Below, one piece after another: positions 13,181-34,332 of a stretch of DNA of 64,000 nt. Below the pieces are notes generated by a model, which worked only from the letters and a program-made list of their open reading frames with translations, did not search any database and was not told the DNA's origin. The stretch lies in the NCBI RefSeq assembly GCF_009914755.1, contig NC_060947.1; one strand, written 5' to 3'. The DNA is from the human T2T-CHM13v2.0 reference genome, Homo sapiens. Made by a program: the position numbers and the translations under genes. Each line of letters opens with the position of its first letter. Within the stretch, counting starts at the first letter, position 1.

Positions 13181-15002
13181 TGCCTAGACATTGTGCAACT
13201 TCTATACACTAACCTGTGGTGTGTGTTTGCACACCTGACTCCTGAAACCCAGCTCATCTTTCACACTAGCTCCAAGCCCTACCTCCCATGGTAATGCACC
13301 CAATTCCTGCTCCTCTATTCATACTCATGACCCACTAATACTTACAGTCTTAATGATGATAGCATCTTGAGTTCAGCTTTTCTCCATTCTTCCCTTTCCA
13401 ATGTTTTAGCTATATAGTTTAGATAACAAAAATATTTGTTTAGGACCCAGAGAAGACACTGTGCAAGGACTGCCAAAGAAAGAGTTGTGTTGTTTCCATG
13501 GATCAAGTTGAAAAGAGAGCAAGAGTATATTTGGAGGGTCTGCACTATAGGAATGAAATGGGCAAGGTTTTCGCTGTGTAATGACTTGGACAACAGCTAA
13601 CAATTTGGTGTTAAACACTAATTTAATAAAAATTCCCTCTAATAGGTAGACTCCATTTTAAAAATTAATTTTTAAAAGTCCACTTTTGCTTATTTGGATA
13701 CTCTGTAAACTTGAAATAAGTTCAGTTATTTACACAGCTTTTGAAAATATTACCACATTCTGGTTTCATAACAGTAGAATAGAAAAACAGTTTTAGATCT
13801 TAGTTTTGAAAAATACCTGATTTTCCAGGCAGCCAAATGCAACCAAAGAAAGAGATACCAGTAAGTTCAATTACATTGCATGTTTGAGACCACTGAGAAA
13901 CTCAGAGCAACCGAAGTGAATTAAAAGAAACCAAGAGAGCCAAACAAAATGCTTACCAGTTCGGTATCAAGAAAAGCTTTACAATCATGCTTGTAATTCT
14001 AGCTTTTAGAGTCAGAAGGAATTACAGGTAAAATTTCAGGTAGCTTTGAGACTTTTAGAAATAGCTTGTGTTATTTTAAAGACCATACTCATATAACATC
14101 CTTGTATAAGACCTTTCATCTTGAGGAAGCTTAAGAAATGCTGGGCTCCAGTTTCCCACAGTGCCTTTTTAGTAGTAAGTTAGATACATCAGAAAGCGAA
14201 GATATACAGTCAGCCTACTAGGGACAATTTATTGCATAGCTGTAGAGAAATAAGATTCATCTAATTCACTCAAAACCTTCTTCCAGGTAGATAGATTTTG
14301 CCAATTTGGTTGAGTACATTTTTGAACTTTTCAAGTGTCACTTTTGGTCCTATTCCTTAAACCCAAACACTCTCCTTGGGATTTTAGGGGCTGAGGGCCT
14401 GGCCTCACAGAGTTATGAGAAAGGCCATTTAGCTTGGGCTTACTCAATGTTAAAAGAAGATTTGCAGTTAGTTAGCTGAGATTGTGTCTAATGTGAAGAC
14501 AAGTAAAGCAAATAACTCTAGCCTCTTAAAGTCCACTTGGATGCACCAATCTATGTGGGTTGATTGCCTACACTGATCAAATATACCAGAAAATTGCCAG
14601 TTCCCTTTTGTCACTTCTAAATTGGAAAGGCCATTTGACATAGTCTAATCTAGTTAGTAGGTTCCTATTAGGTAGGATCTCAAAGGAATATCGTAACCAG
14701 CCTTAATTGCAGTGAACTTCAAGAATGACAGGGTGATGGAAAAGCTTGGGCCTGTGTCTTCACTTATGGTGGCATTTTTTTTTTCTCAAATATATCAGTG
14801 AGGCACAGTAAATAATCCTGCCATGTTCTTGTGATTATTCCACCTTTTAGATGAGCCACAGTTGGTGGTTTCACTGAAAGGTAATTAGATTGGTCTCAGG
14901 TATCACCATAGTAAGTGAATTCTGAATTTATTCTCACCAGTCATTTCTTGGAAGGCAATAACCATATAGGTCATGACTAGTAAATTACTGTCAGATAAAC
15001 AA

Positions 15003-15105
15003 AAGTGACTAATTATCCAGGTTTCCTCAGGACTCAGGGGTTTCCTAGGATGTAGAACTCACAGTGCTAAAACCAGGACAGTTCTGGGCATAGTTGGTCA
15101 CCCTA
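15003..15105. mobile_element. Small hAT-Blackjack element (MER81/MER94-like)
   Basis: Terminal inverted repeat-like ends GTGACTAA...TTGGTCACCCTA. Confidence 0.55.
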
Positions 15106-15368
15106 AAAGTTCAATCTTGAGCATTCACTAATTAAGACCATATAGCATAGTTGTTGTAGGCACATACTTAAATCTGGTTCTACCACTTAATACCTGTATA
15201 AGGTTCAGAATATCTTTGATGTTTAAATTCCTCGTGTATAAAATTTGCATAGTATTAGAACCTACCTCAAGGAGTAGCTGTGATGATTAACTGAACTAAT
15301 AATATTGCATCAAGCTCAATGCTTGGCACACATAGGTGCTTAATACATGTTAGAAATTATTTAAATTA

Positions 15369-15674
<306 letters not shown>

Positions 15675-15739
15675 TTAAATTAGCTATTATTAGGCTTGCA
15701 GGCAAGATGTTGCAGTTGTGAAGGGCAGAGGTAGGGGCC

Positions 15740-19415
<3,676 letters not shown>

Positions 19416-19549
19416 TCATACCTCATTTCATACAAAAAATTAACTTAAAGTGAATCATGGACCCAAATATAAAATATAAAAGCTAAATATAAAAATTCTA
19501 GCAGGAAATATAAAAGAAATTCTTCATTATCTTGGGGTAGGCAAAGAAG

Positions 19550-22480
<2,931 letters not shown>

Positions 22481-22714
22481 AAAAAGGATTTGAGGCACAA
22501 CTACTTTAAAGAGAGAAAGAGAACTTCAATTCATACCTCACTTCATACACAAAATTAACTTAAAGTGGATCATGGACCTAAATGTAAAAGCTAAATGTAG
22601 AAATTATAGAATAAAATATACAAGAAAGTCTTCAAGATCTTGCAGATGATAAAGGTTTCTTTAGATACACAAAAAGCAATAACCATAAATTTTTTTAAAT
22701 GATAAGTTGCACTT

Positions 22715-22772
22715 GTTAAATTAGTCAGGGTTATCCAGAGAAATAGACCAATAGGATGGGTAGGATGAGTGG

Positions 22773-22816
<44 letters not shown>

Positions 22817-23195
22817 ATTAATTCACACAATTATGGAGGCTGACAAGTTCCAAGATCTGTAGTTGGCAAGCTGGAGATACTGAGTCATTCCAGTCCAAAG
22901 GCTGGCAGGCTTGGGATCCAGGAAGAACCCATGTTTCAGTTTTTAGTCTGAAGGCAGGGAAAAAACTGATGTCTCAACTCAAACAGTCAGGCAGAGGAGT
23001 TCCCTCTTGCTCAGCCTTTTTGTTCTATTCAGGGCCACAAATGATTGGATGAACTCACTCACATTAAGGAGGGCAATCTGCTTTACTGAATTCGCCTATT
23101 CTAATATTAACCCCATCCAGAAACACCGGGAACGATGTTTGGCCAAATGTTTGGGCAAGCATCAGTGCCCCAGGCACCCTGATGAGATTAATATT
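22715..23195 (-). mobile_element. ERVL LTR (MLT2-like) containing (CA)n at 22776-22812
   Basis: ATTAGTCAGGGTTATCCAGAGAAA...GGAGGCTGACAAGTTCCAAGATCTG...GGGCAATCTGCTTTACT. Confidence 0.75.
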
Positions 23196-24698
23196 TTCAT
23201 TTTATTTCAATTTGTGAAAGAAAGAGCTTTGGTTTTCTTCATAATGGCCACTTGTTCTGCCTAAGCACAAGACTGGCTGCTGGACTGGTTCCTCTGCACT
23301 GTACAATATCTTAAGGCCCTTTTTCATTTACATTGAAATGGTGAAGAGGCTGTGCTAGAGGAAGTGTAGCCAGTCAGCAGAGCCCCATATTCAGTGAATT
23401 CTGTCAGATAGTTTATTTGAATTTCCTCTGATCTGCATTGTATGGTAGCTGTGGTAATCTCTCCATGATGTAGGGCTTTTACTAGGCTTTGAGCTCCTCT
23501 TCCTTCTATTTTAGATCTACAACCCTTTCACTGCTAATTAATATATCTTAAGGAAAGGCCAGGAAAAGGAGCTGCAATTTGCAGGAGCTAGTATTGCTTC
23601 TTGTGAGCAACTCTTGGGTGGTACATGGGGAGGTTGAAAGTTTGGCAGGCTAATTTTAAATTTTTAAAGCAACTGCAACCTTCAATTATCCAAGCTCTGA
23701 ATGGAGCCTCCATAGATTTTGTGCCATGTCCTCAGTGGCAGCCCACAGTAGCTGCTGCTTTATTTATTTTAAAACTTACTATGGCCTTTTCTTAATCTAA
23801 AGAGGAAAGACAAACATCACATATTCACATCATTAGAAGTGTAACTTTTCCTCCAATAAAACATGAGATTGGCATGTCAGGAATGCAGATGTTTGTCAGT
23901 ATCTGTGGATTCCAGCCTTTCTCACGGTCTCCTTGCTAATTGTTCTGCCAGGCAGCTTTGACTTTTACAAACGAAACCTGATCTGTGTTTCACTGCTCTT
24001 TTTCACAAAATTCAATCTCAAAGAATAAAATAACTAAGGTGCCCTTAAAGGATATATGGAAGGAAAAAAGAAAAACCCTAAATCAATAGAAATTGAATTA
24101 GAGGTTGAAATCTTGGGGGTAAAATTACATTTAAATGATTGGAATTCTTTTCTTTTTATGAGATAATAAAATTAGGCTCCTTAGTAACTATTTCTTGGGA
24201 TTAAATGAATGGCCTTAGAATACTAAGGGGGCTAATCTGTAGTGATTATGGGACTCAAGGCTGTTGCTACAGCTACAGAAAAAATCCTTGACTATATTTT
24301 CTGAGTAAACAAATAAGTTACTGGTAGCTTAACAAAACTGATGGATCAATCTTAGTCAGAAAGAAAATTATGTGAATTTGTGTAGAAAGCCTGCAAACAT
24401 CTAGATGAAAAAAAAGAATTAGTTAAATCAACCATTCGTATGTTTATATTTCCATGGTACCAAGCATCAGGAACTGGAAAACAACTGAATAATTGATTCA
24501 GTTTTAGATGTTTTACCTGGGTGCCTCTGCAAACATTGTAAATCTTTTAAGGATAGTTATTATGCTTGGATACTTCCTTTCTCTTCCACAAAATGCCTAC
24601 CATTATCGCGTCCTGCAATAACTGCTTGATTAAATGGTTGGTAGGATGTTGTTAGTCTGTATAAATAATTTACATTTATATCAGTCTGAAAAGCTACC

Positions 24699-25115
24699 TG
24701 TGACAAAGATGCCTAACTGACCCCAAAGATTCCTGCTGCCATTTCACATTGGAGGGTTGCTGTTGAATAGCAGCTATCTAGCCAGGAACTGCATATCCCC
24801 ACCCCCTTCACATTTAGATGGGGCTATATGACTAATTCTAATCGAACTTTAGAGGAATTGCTTTGTGTTGTTTTATGCCTAAGTAGTTAAGAAGCAGTGA
24901 CTTTAGTCTATTTCTTCATCTACTGGCTGAATAGAGAAAATTCCAAGCTCCCCCAGGAGGGCAGAGGCATGAGATGGAAGGATTTGGGTTCTTGATGTCG
25001 ATGCGGAAGCCCTTCATATCCAGAAACATTCACATTGAACTGTGAAATACTTTTACTGCGTTATGACACTGAGAGTTTTGAGCTTATTAGAGCAACTAGT
25101 GATATCTTAACACAC
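24699..25115 (+). mobile_element. Old MaLR LTR (MLT1-type)
   Basis: GGGGCTATATGACTAATTCT...GAGATGGAAGGATTTGGGTTC...ACACTGAGAGTTTTG. Confidence 0.55.
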
Positions 25116-25242
25116 TGTGAATTTTAGTGTCTGTGGGCTGGAATGATCACGTGGAGGCCACTTATATTGAGTCTCCATGGTATCAACAGACTGAGAAAGT
25201 GGTAACTACATTTTGATAGGTCTCACAGCCTCACAAGGGAAC

Positions 25243-25746
25243 TGTGTTGGATATCTTCTATTTGCCATTTCCAAATCCAGTCTTTTCCCCATTCTTTCCT
25301 GCTCTCTGGCCTTCATAATCTGAACTATACTGATTACATCAACCAGCTCCTTTGCCCTCTGGCATCTGGCTGAGTTTGGCTAATGGGACGCTCCCACAGG
25401 AGGTCAGAGGGAAGGATGAGAATGAGTTCAGGGTATTGATTCCTTTGGTTCTCTTGCTATGAGTTTTCCTTGGGATGGCTGTGTCCCTCAACCAAAGGTC
25501 ACTGCTTCTCTCAAGGCAGCCTTCTCTGAACCACTTTCTTCTAACTTTAGTAACCATTCTTCCCTGTTGTCTCTTCAGATCTAAGTCTGATAACAGCTTT
25601 GCTGCTAATAGCTCTGAGTTATTGCACTGTCCATTGTGTGTCCCCTATGTTTCATTTACTTTCATATAGTCTCTTATCGCAACTCCCCTGAAATTCTCCT
25701 AACTTGAATGTGTCATCGGTTTCTTTTTGGGACCCTAACTAATACA
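25243..25746 (+). mobile_element. ERVL LTR (LTR33-like)
   Basis: TG...CA ends; GAGTTTGGCTAATGGG...GGAGGTCAGAGGG; ends GGGACCCTAACTAATACA. Confidence 0.6.
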
Positions 25747-26024
25747 GGGAACCAGAATTTGATGCTCACAAGACAGTTTTTGGTAGTCAATATGAATGGG
25801 GCCCTTTGAATCTGCCAGTCCCACCCAATTCTGGTTATGTGCACATTTTTGTAGGGCTTCTCATTTTTTCTCGTCTCAGTAGCTATAGTGATTGAAGATA
25901 GTATTTTTGCTCTATCGTTGGGATCTGAGGTTATAGCTTAAACAAGTTGGCTACAAGTTGGACATTTCTTCAAAATGTTATGTATGTGCATTTTGTTTTC
26001 TGCTATCTATCTATGCTTTAAAGA

Positions 26025-26825
26025 TATGGAGCATAGTAGTTAAGAATATTTGGCATCAGTTGCCAGGCTTCAAGTTAGGATTCAAGTTAGGCTACCTCTA
26101 TTGTTTATTAGCTATGTTACCTTGGACAAGTTACTTAGTCTCTGTAAGTCTCAGTTTCTCACCATTAAAGTGGAAATAATCATATTACCTACTTCATGGG
26201 GTTGTATTGAAGCCTAAATGACTGATTTATAGTAGATATTCAGTAAATTTTAGCTCCATTATATGCTTCACTAAAATCGATGTTCCATGAAGAGGAGCCT
26301 TGTTTAGTCTCTGACTTTATATACTGTCATCATACAATCACACAAGTCACAGTTTGAGAAGCATGAATACATTTTCATGATGTCTAAAGTTGTTTAAGAA
26401 AAGCAGCTGTAAGGGCCAAATTGCTGATATTTGATTTCTCAGAAGACAGGAAGGAAGGAAGGGAAGGAAGGTAGGCAGGCAAGCAGGAAGGAAGGAAGGA
26501 AGGAAGGAAGGGAGGGAGGGAGGGAGAGAGGAGGGTGAGAGAGGAGACAGAGAGAGAGAGAGAGAGAGAGAAATCTCAAAGTGGCTGAATAACATAGCAA
26601 TTAAGAACATAAACTTGGTTCAAATCCTGTCTCTGATGCTTATCAAAAATGTGACCTTGGGAAAGTTAATTGACCTCTATGTAACCCCTGTTTTCATCTG
26701 TAAAATGGGGGATAGTAATGATATCTGTCTCATAGAATTGCTATAAAGATAAGACGAGTTAGCAAATGTAAAATGCCTACAACAATGCCTGGAACGCTGT
26801 AAGCATTATATAATTGTTGATTATT
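26025..26825 (+). mobile_element. Two MIRs flanking a (GGAA)n/(GA)n tract at 26445-26572
   Basis: MIR cores ACCTTGGACAAGTTAC and TTTTCATCTGTAAAATGGGG. Confidence 0.75.
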
Positions 26826-27492
26826 TCCTTGGATAAATTCAGAACCTAGTTGTAGTTCCTTATACTTAATTTCTATTTTGAATTACTTATGGAGTGGGGG
26901 CATTATGGGCACTGTATGTTTTTCAAGTGCTTTGTGTCATTGAAGAAAATTTTATTTAGACATTGCCCTGCTTCACAGTGTGTTGCTTGTTTGGAATACA
27001 CTCCCTAGACAACCTCCGCCCTCTTAAGAGTAGCCCACCACATGCTTCTTCCTATTTAGAGGCAAAATTATCAAAGCCAACCTCAAACTTTCCCACACGT
27101 TAGTTGCTCTTTCTTCCTGGGCTTTCACGGCACTCTATTTACCACATTGTGTATGTGGATATTTCATTCACTAACCCAAGAGCTCTTGTCTACATCTTTG
27201 TAACTCCCAGTGTCTTGTACATGGTAGCCTTTCAATAAACATTAGTTGAATTGAAGCATGCATTCAGTTACAGTCAATGCAATGGTCTCATTTCACTTTA
27301 ATTTTTGCCACAACCATGCAAAATAGGTATTAGTATTCCACTTTATAGATGAGGAACTGCAGATCAGAGGGCTAAGTGACATGCCTAGATTTACATAAGA
27401 AAACAAGTAGTAGATCTGGGGTAGAACTCAAGTATGCCCATCCATTTTCAAGTCAATGGCTAACCTATTTTAAAAAGTAAACACTATGGCAG

Positions 27493-27881
27493 TGTATTAG
27501 TCCGTTCTCACACTGCTATAGACACTACCTGAGACTGGGTAATTAATAAACAAAAGAGGTTTAATTGACTCACAGTTCCATATGGCTGGGGAGGCCTCAG
27601 GAAACTTACAATCACAGTGGAAGGTGAAGTGGAAGCAGGTACCTCTTCATAAGGTGGCAGGAGAGAGAAGCAAGCAAAAGAGGAACTTGCCAAACACTTA
27701 CAAAACCATCAGATCTCATGAGAACTCACTCACTATCATGAGAACAGCATGGGGGAAACCGCCTCCACGATCTAATCACCTCTCTCCCTTGAGATGTGGG
27801 GATTACAGGTCCCTGCTTCCACGCATGGGGATTACAAGTCAAGATGAGATTTGGGTGGGGACACAGAGCTGAACCATATCA
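27493..27881 (-). mobile_element. MaLR solo LTR (THE1D/MSTA-like)
   Basis: TGTATTAGTCCGTTCTCACACTGCTA...GAGATTTGGGTGGGGACACAG...AACCATATCA. Confidence 0.9.
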
Positions 27882-29681
27882 GGTAATGCAGAAGGACTTT
27901 TTGTTGTCAAGACCAGATCTCTGTTGCCACAAATTAGGCTCATTTTCTCTCATAGAATAATGAGAAATTTAATGTATAATAAATCATATAGTCTTTATAG
28001 TAATTTCCAAGTGTTCTACTAGTTAATTCCTGGCTAGCAGGTAGAATAAATCCTAAATCGTTTCTGGTCTATTCAGCCAAAATAGTTGACTATTTTTTGT
28101 GAACATGGTCTTGGTATAAGGAGAGCCATATTTGAAACACCGTTCATAACATATATCAGCATGCCTTTGATTGTGCAAATGAGTTTGCAATAGATGGAGT
28201 CTCTTTATATTAAGGCCTACTCTACAGGCACATGATTAAACTGAGTGTATTTGAAATGTCTTAGTGTTTCTAAGTTGTCCCAGCTTATGCAGATGGCTCC
28301 ATAAACCAAGAGAGTTGAATTTCTAGTTCTCTGTCATTGAGGGATCATGGGCTTGGGTTAATGAATTGGAGTCACCAATTTTCCATCATGTCTGATTCAT
28401 GAGCTCTGTCTAGATTGTTTCAGGCCTTCCTTATTTACCAAGGAGACTGTCTTCTGCTCACACAACAAAAGAGAGAAAACCTAATGAAAACTATGTGGAA
28501 AGTGAGGAGTTGTTTCTTCTTCAGATTTATTTTGGCTGTAGAGTACATGCACATGCTTGAGGGTGTGTTTTTGTAAACTTCCCTTCCCCTCCATCCCTAA
28601 GTTACTTAGCTGGCTTACCCCATGATTGTGACTAAGTTGGAACAGTCCGCTTGGGTGTGCCTTTCTCTTTCTGGAGAAAGTAAAGTAGTAACAGGATCAG
28701 ATCATTTTGACTTGAGGGAGACTGCAGTTGGGGTCGTTCTCACATTGTAACTCCTTCTCCTTGGTATAGCAAATCCTTTGTCTCCTAAGAGCCTTCACCT
28801 TTGAGTGTTTGCTAGGATATCAGAAGACAGTGAGAAACAGAAGTTTTTGTTTTCACAGGGACTAATGTTGGATTCTACAAACTTTGGCTGCATGTCTAGG
28901 ATCCAGTTGTTATTTGTAGGGCACAGTTGAAAATATGTCCCAATAGAAAAATCTCTAAGCATATGTACATGTTTCTTCACCCATATACATCTATTTTGTA
29001 TTTTAAATGTGGTTTGGAGTTGGTCTGCATACTTATTAGTCGCTAAGAACCCTGAAGAAGAAAGTATAACATTTGTACATTCACAGAAGTTTAAGAAAAA
29101 CTCAACAGTTTAATTCACACCTCAAAAGGAGTTCTTTTAATGACTGTTAGTTACTCCTTTGGCTATTATAACTATAATCTACATTTTCAAATCTCCCTGT
29201 AGGCCTCAGTGCCCTGTGCCAGGGTCCCAGATACTCTCAGGTTTTTTCTTGCCCAAGTTCTTTCAATAAGGGGAAGTCAGACTTTGTTTCCAAGCTTCCT
29301 TGAGGTAATTTTCCTTCTTTACTTTTCTTTCACCTAAATTTTTTTCCTTCCAGAATTGGACCTATGGATAAGTAAAGGAAGTAGTTTTCTGCTGTGATTT
29401 CAGAAGTACCATGTGAGGCACTGACCAGAGAGTCCCACACAAGGATTTCCAACTGATCAATCTCAACCTCCATTGTAAGAGCCAGACCTACTTTCTGAGA
29501 TTCTTTCTTTCTTTGCAGCAGCAGGGCCCAAAGTTTCTGTCTGCTTCCCTTTCCTCCATAGCTGACTTACTTGGACTCTTTCTGCCCAAACTTGATTGCA
29601 GAGTGACTAGCAATCTTCCTGGTGCCTCACCTCTGCTGCTGTTTCTAACGATAAGTCTATAGTCCATTTGGGGGTCCAGAG

Positions 29682-29897
29682 CAGAGGTCTGTGAACTATG
29701 CTTCACTGTCTAAATTTGAGGCCACTACTTATTTTTGCAAATAAAGTTTTATTAGAATACAGTCACACTCACTGGTTTATTTGCTATGATTGCTTTTGCA
29801 TTATAATGGCAGAGGTGAGCAGTTGTATAAAGACTTTGATAGTCTACAATGTCTGAAATATTTACTGTTTGTCACTTAGAAAGTTTGCTGATCCTCG
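29682..29897. mobile_element. MER58A-like hAT-Charlie element
   Basis: AAATAAAGTTTTATTAGAATACAG core; 8-bp TSD-like GTCCAGAG / CTCTAGAG. Confidence 0.75.
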
Positions 29898-32800
29898 CTC
29901 TAGAGGTTTGAAGGCTAATCGCTACAGGAGAATAAGCAGGGGCATAGGAAGGCTAATCACTGCAGGAGAACAGACATGGGCCAGCACAAATAGCAAACAT
30001 GGAGCCAAGTTGTAAAATTTAGAATTTCTTATGTCACGGTTTCTGATAAACAGTTTCTGACTCCTAAAATAGCAAATCCAAATCCAGATGGGCTTCAGCT
30101 GGCTGCTTTCAATTCTGCAGGTGAGCCTCACCCACTACTCCATATCTTTGTTTTCTCTCAGAGGTTAGGATGAGCAGGCAGATTCAGTTCTATAAAAATC
30201 CATATTCCCAGAATATAGTCTCAAATTGCAATCTAGGTAAAACATTCACATTACACAAAGTAGGTAATTTGTGTCTCTGGGACTCCTAGACTTGGTAACA
30301 CTTAGGCTTTTTCTTACTTTCTGCACCTTCCCCTCAAATCCATCCAGAAATACATTTACATATATTTACATAGTTATTTCTTTTATTAGATTAAAATGTA
30401 AGAGTGCTCTGGAAAAGGTTGACATAGTTAGCCAATAATACCTTGGTTTGATTCTTTTTATTAGTTTCCTGTCAGAGGGCAGGACTCTGAGTATCACATG
30501 CTGTTTGCTTTCAAGTCTCTGTTGTCTCTCCTTCCCAGAACTGAAGCTGCTTGACTCCTTCCAGCAGGCTTCAGCTCTACCCATTCTCTGGGACCAATCC
30601 TGACTATGGTCAGAAAGGACCAACAGTCACCTAGTCTAATGTTCTGGAAAAGGGTATTAGGTTAATCTTGTTTTAGGCGAGACCTGACTTTGTGTTCCAG
30701 CTCTGTTATCTTCCCTTCAGCCTTGTTTCCTGATTGTTCATTTTGTCTTAACGATCTAGTGCCCAGTTCCACTTTGTCTATGTCCTCTTGGCATAGGAAT
30801 CCTGTCACATACACATTGCCCAGTGGTTGGGGCCCTGCTATTTGCCAACATATTGCCTGGATGTTGACTTTCTACTTAGATTTTCAAGTGTCACTCATCT
30901 CTGGATAACCAGTTGCTGTATTCTGTTCAGCCATGGGGATACCCATTATTTCATTTTCTATCCCTCAATGCCAACTACTGGAACATTAAACAAATGGTTG
31001 TTGAGGCCCTGAAGAATGAGGTTTTTGCTCTCATTTTTGCTCTCTCGTTCTTAGAAGCCAACAATGATTCAATATTTGGGACGTCTGTGTCCCTAATGGA
31101 TATCTCTGGGCCTCCCCACAGTGGATGAGAGCCTTGGAGATCCAAGAACACCAACCTTGGCTGAGGAAAGAAGTATCATATAGTCCATGAAAGCTCATAG
31201 AAACTTTGACTCATCTGACCTTTTTGTGGCTGACTAACGTGATTTTCATGGCTATTTAAAAATTTCTTCTGTTTACATTCTTAGTATAATTTTTGCTTGC
31301 CTTTCTCCCTTTCTTTTAACTTTTCTTTTTTTGATATTTGTGCACTTTGACTCTGATAACTGAGAAATACGGTGAAGACTTCTGCATGAGGCTTTACCCT
31401 CTCGGATGGGTTAACCCTTGCATGAGTAGTAGGGTTTTAACTTGGAAGCCCAAAGAGGTCAACCTACAGCCCTAATATCTGCAGAATCTTAACCATGGTA
31501 TCCAGAAAAGGTAGTAGGAACAGGAGACAGAACCCTGGTTGGAGAACAAGAACCATATTTTGTCTTTTAATAAAGCAGTGCTTAACACAATTCCTGGTGT
31601 AGATTATGTATTCAGGAAAGCATCTGTTAAATGAATGAATAACTGTATAAAATTTTAAAATACTGGTTTAGCCCGTTCTTCCAGTTAATATCTGTAGGTT
31701 GTCGTTAGCAGTGGGTTTTTTTTTTTTAAATCAGGGTAGGGGGAGGTACAATACTCATCTGACCAACATAATTAATCTTTATCCCTGTATTTCCCCAACA
31801 CAGCCTGTGATAAAACACAGCCTGTGCAATTAAACATTTGAATTTCTTCCTAAAAGAGAGTTGTTTTAAGCCATACCAAACCTGAAAACTTTGACATGAG
31901 GTGACAGCTTATATTTATAGCATTCAATAAAATTCCCTGCTCTAGAGGACATCTCTTCCCATAAAGACTCAGATGACATGAGGGTGAACTAAGACAGTAA
32001 TAAATAAAAACTAGCTTGTGTTTTCAACATAGCTCGAGTTCGTAAGGCACAGTGTGCCTGGCGTTGCCAGATGGATCAACCCTACAGTAGTGCACTGTTT
32101 CTGATTCCTATCAGCTACACCTAGTGTGTTGTAGCTGTGGTGCAGCTCAGAGCAGGTGGAAAAAAATTTCCTTCTGTCTGTTCAGACATCATCTCAGCCA
32201 GATTTAAGGTGCAGTGACTCTTTATCATCTTGGCTTTTTTGAGCTATTGATCCTTTCTTTATAGATGAGAAAACAGACACAGAGATGTAAAGTGATTAAT
32301 TAATTAGTCACCTAGCTATATCAGGGACTAAACTTGAATATGACTTTCCTGGTTCTCCAGTTCAGAGTTCTTTTATTCCCCAGGCTGCCATCCTGACTGT
32401 GGTGACACCGCTTATATCACTGGGCTAGCTTGGCTCTTATGGCAGGCACTCTCACCACAGAGATTTTATATATGTTTGACATTATAACCACTGGTTGAAA
32501 AGAAGGAAATAATGGCCCATAAATCACAGTCACTTAACTGATTGACTATCCAACCAAAATGACTACATGTACATGTGAACAAAGAAAACAGAAATTATCA
32601 CCCTTCCTCCAAGTAGACACATCTGTACAAATTTTCCATGTAGGATGAATCAATTTAACTAATTGTGCTGGGATATGATTTATCAGTTTGGAAAGCAATA
32701 CGATATATTTTATGTTTCCTTAAATTTGTTTCAAAATAATTCTGAGGTTTTTGCTCTCATTAAAATCCTATCTACCTACAGAAGAGCCTTCAATGATCTC

Positions 32801-34315
32801 TTACTGACACATTAGATGATTAACATTTATTGTCACCTATGTGAAGACATTCTTGTGTGCGTGTGTGTGTAGAAGAAAAAGTATTTAATGAGCAACATAA
32901 CATATATCATTCCTGCCATTGAGCACTTTATAATCAAATTAGGGGGGCAAAGCTAAGACTTAAGAAACCAGCATAGAGCAATACAAGATGTATACAGCTA
33001 AATGCTAGTGTGAGTATTATTGATTATGGAGAGAGATGGCCTTAGTCTGAGGCAGTCAAGGAAGGTTTTTCAGGAGACAGAGAACTTGATCTAGGTTTTG
33101 AAATGTATTAGGATGTTCATAGGCAAAGGAAACAGAGGAAAATAATTCCAAGTAGAGAAACAGCACAGGAAATATAGGAATTAGAAGCATAAAAGTTAGA
33201 AGGGCAACAAGACAATCAGTATAAATGAATCAGAGAGTATGTCTGTGGAGGGGTAAGCTCAGCCCAAACTCCTTTGGCTAGCATTCAAACCCTACTTTAC
33301 CTGTCTCATAAAGTCATGATACAATCCAGTGACTTTTCTTCTTCCCAAAGAATAGGCCAAAGACCATTATCCTGATTAAGTCCAACATCCTAGTGGGATA
33401 CCTTCCTTCACACATGTGGGAAATGATCAAAATTAATTGCGTTTCAAAAATTTAGTGGTAACTCTACCAAAGCCTATTAAATCAGTGTGAGTACTCAAAG
33501 AGCAGATGGAAAACATTGGTCCTTAAATGACTTTTTTTTTTTTTTTTTTTCTAGAATGAGCAATGTTGTTAGGGATCATAGGGAAGGTCATGGAAACAGT
33601 TTTGGAAACTTTGCTTGCAGGAATTAATTGCCTTCAGTTTCGAAAGGGCCTATTTCTTTCTCATTTACAGTCAAAATTTGGTGAAAGGGAAAAGTTGCTA
33701 CTACATAATGGCAGGAAAATACCCACTATTTCATTCTCTAAAATAGGTGGAATTGATCCATCTCTTTGGCAAGCTGTATGTGCCGTAATGTCTGGGGTAA
33801 CTTTTTCCCTGGTGCCCCCATTACCACTTCAGATCCTTTGTTAAGCAAACAATATAGGAGCTTTCTTAAAACGGGGCTCTGAGTGCTTATTCTCAAATAA
33901 GCCCTGCCTCAGTTGCAAGGTCTTTCATCTGAAGATGACCTATCTTACATGTGTGGGAATACATTTTTCCATGATTACTTCAACAGCTGCATTCTGATAA
34001 TCTGCCTGGGGAATAACTGTTGATGGATAAAATACAGTCAGCTCATCTCGCCAGTGAATAATGTGCTTTCTGGTTCTACCACGTGAAAATGAACTGCTCA
34101 GATCCTCTTCATCTGGAATAATTTCCAGGGAAGAATGAGTGACTGAAACTGCTGACACTTTCAGAATAAACCCTTGATGTCTTTGACAATTGCTCCAAGT
34201 GATTTGTTTTGGGATAAGCTTGCGCGCCATGTAAGGTAAAGTGACTGATTCTATAGCAATCCAATTGTTCCTTTGTCTGCCCGTTTACATATAACAATGT
34301 TGTCAATGTTTGATT

Positions 34316-34332
34316 GAAAATACCTAGCAGGC
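34316..34332 (+). repeat. 5' target-site duplication of the retrocopy
   Basis: GAAAATACCTAGCAGGC matches GAAAACACCTAGCAGGC at 36830-36846 (16/17); TT|GAAAA resembles an L1 endonuclease site. Confidence 0.95.
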
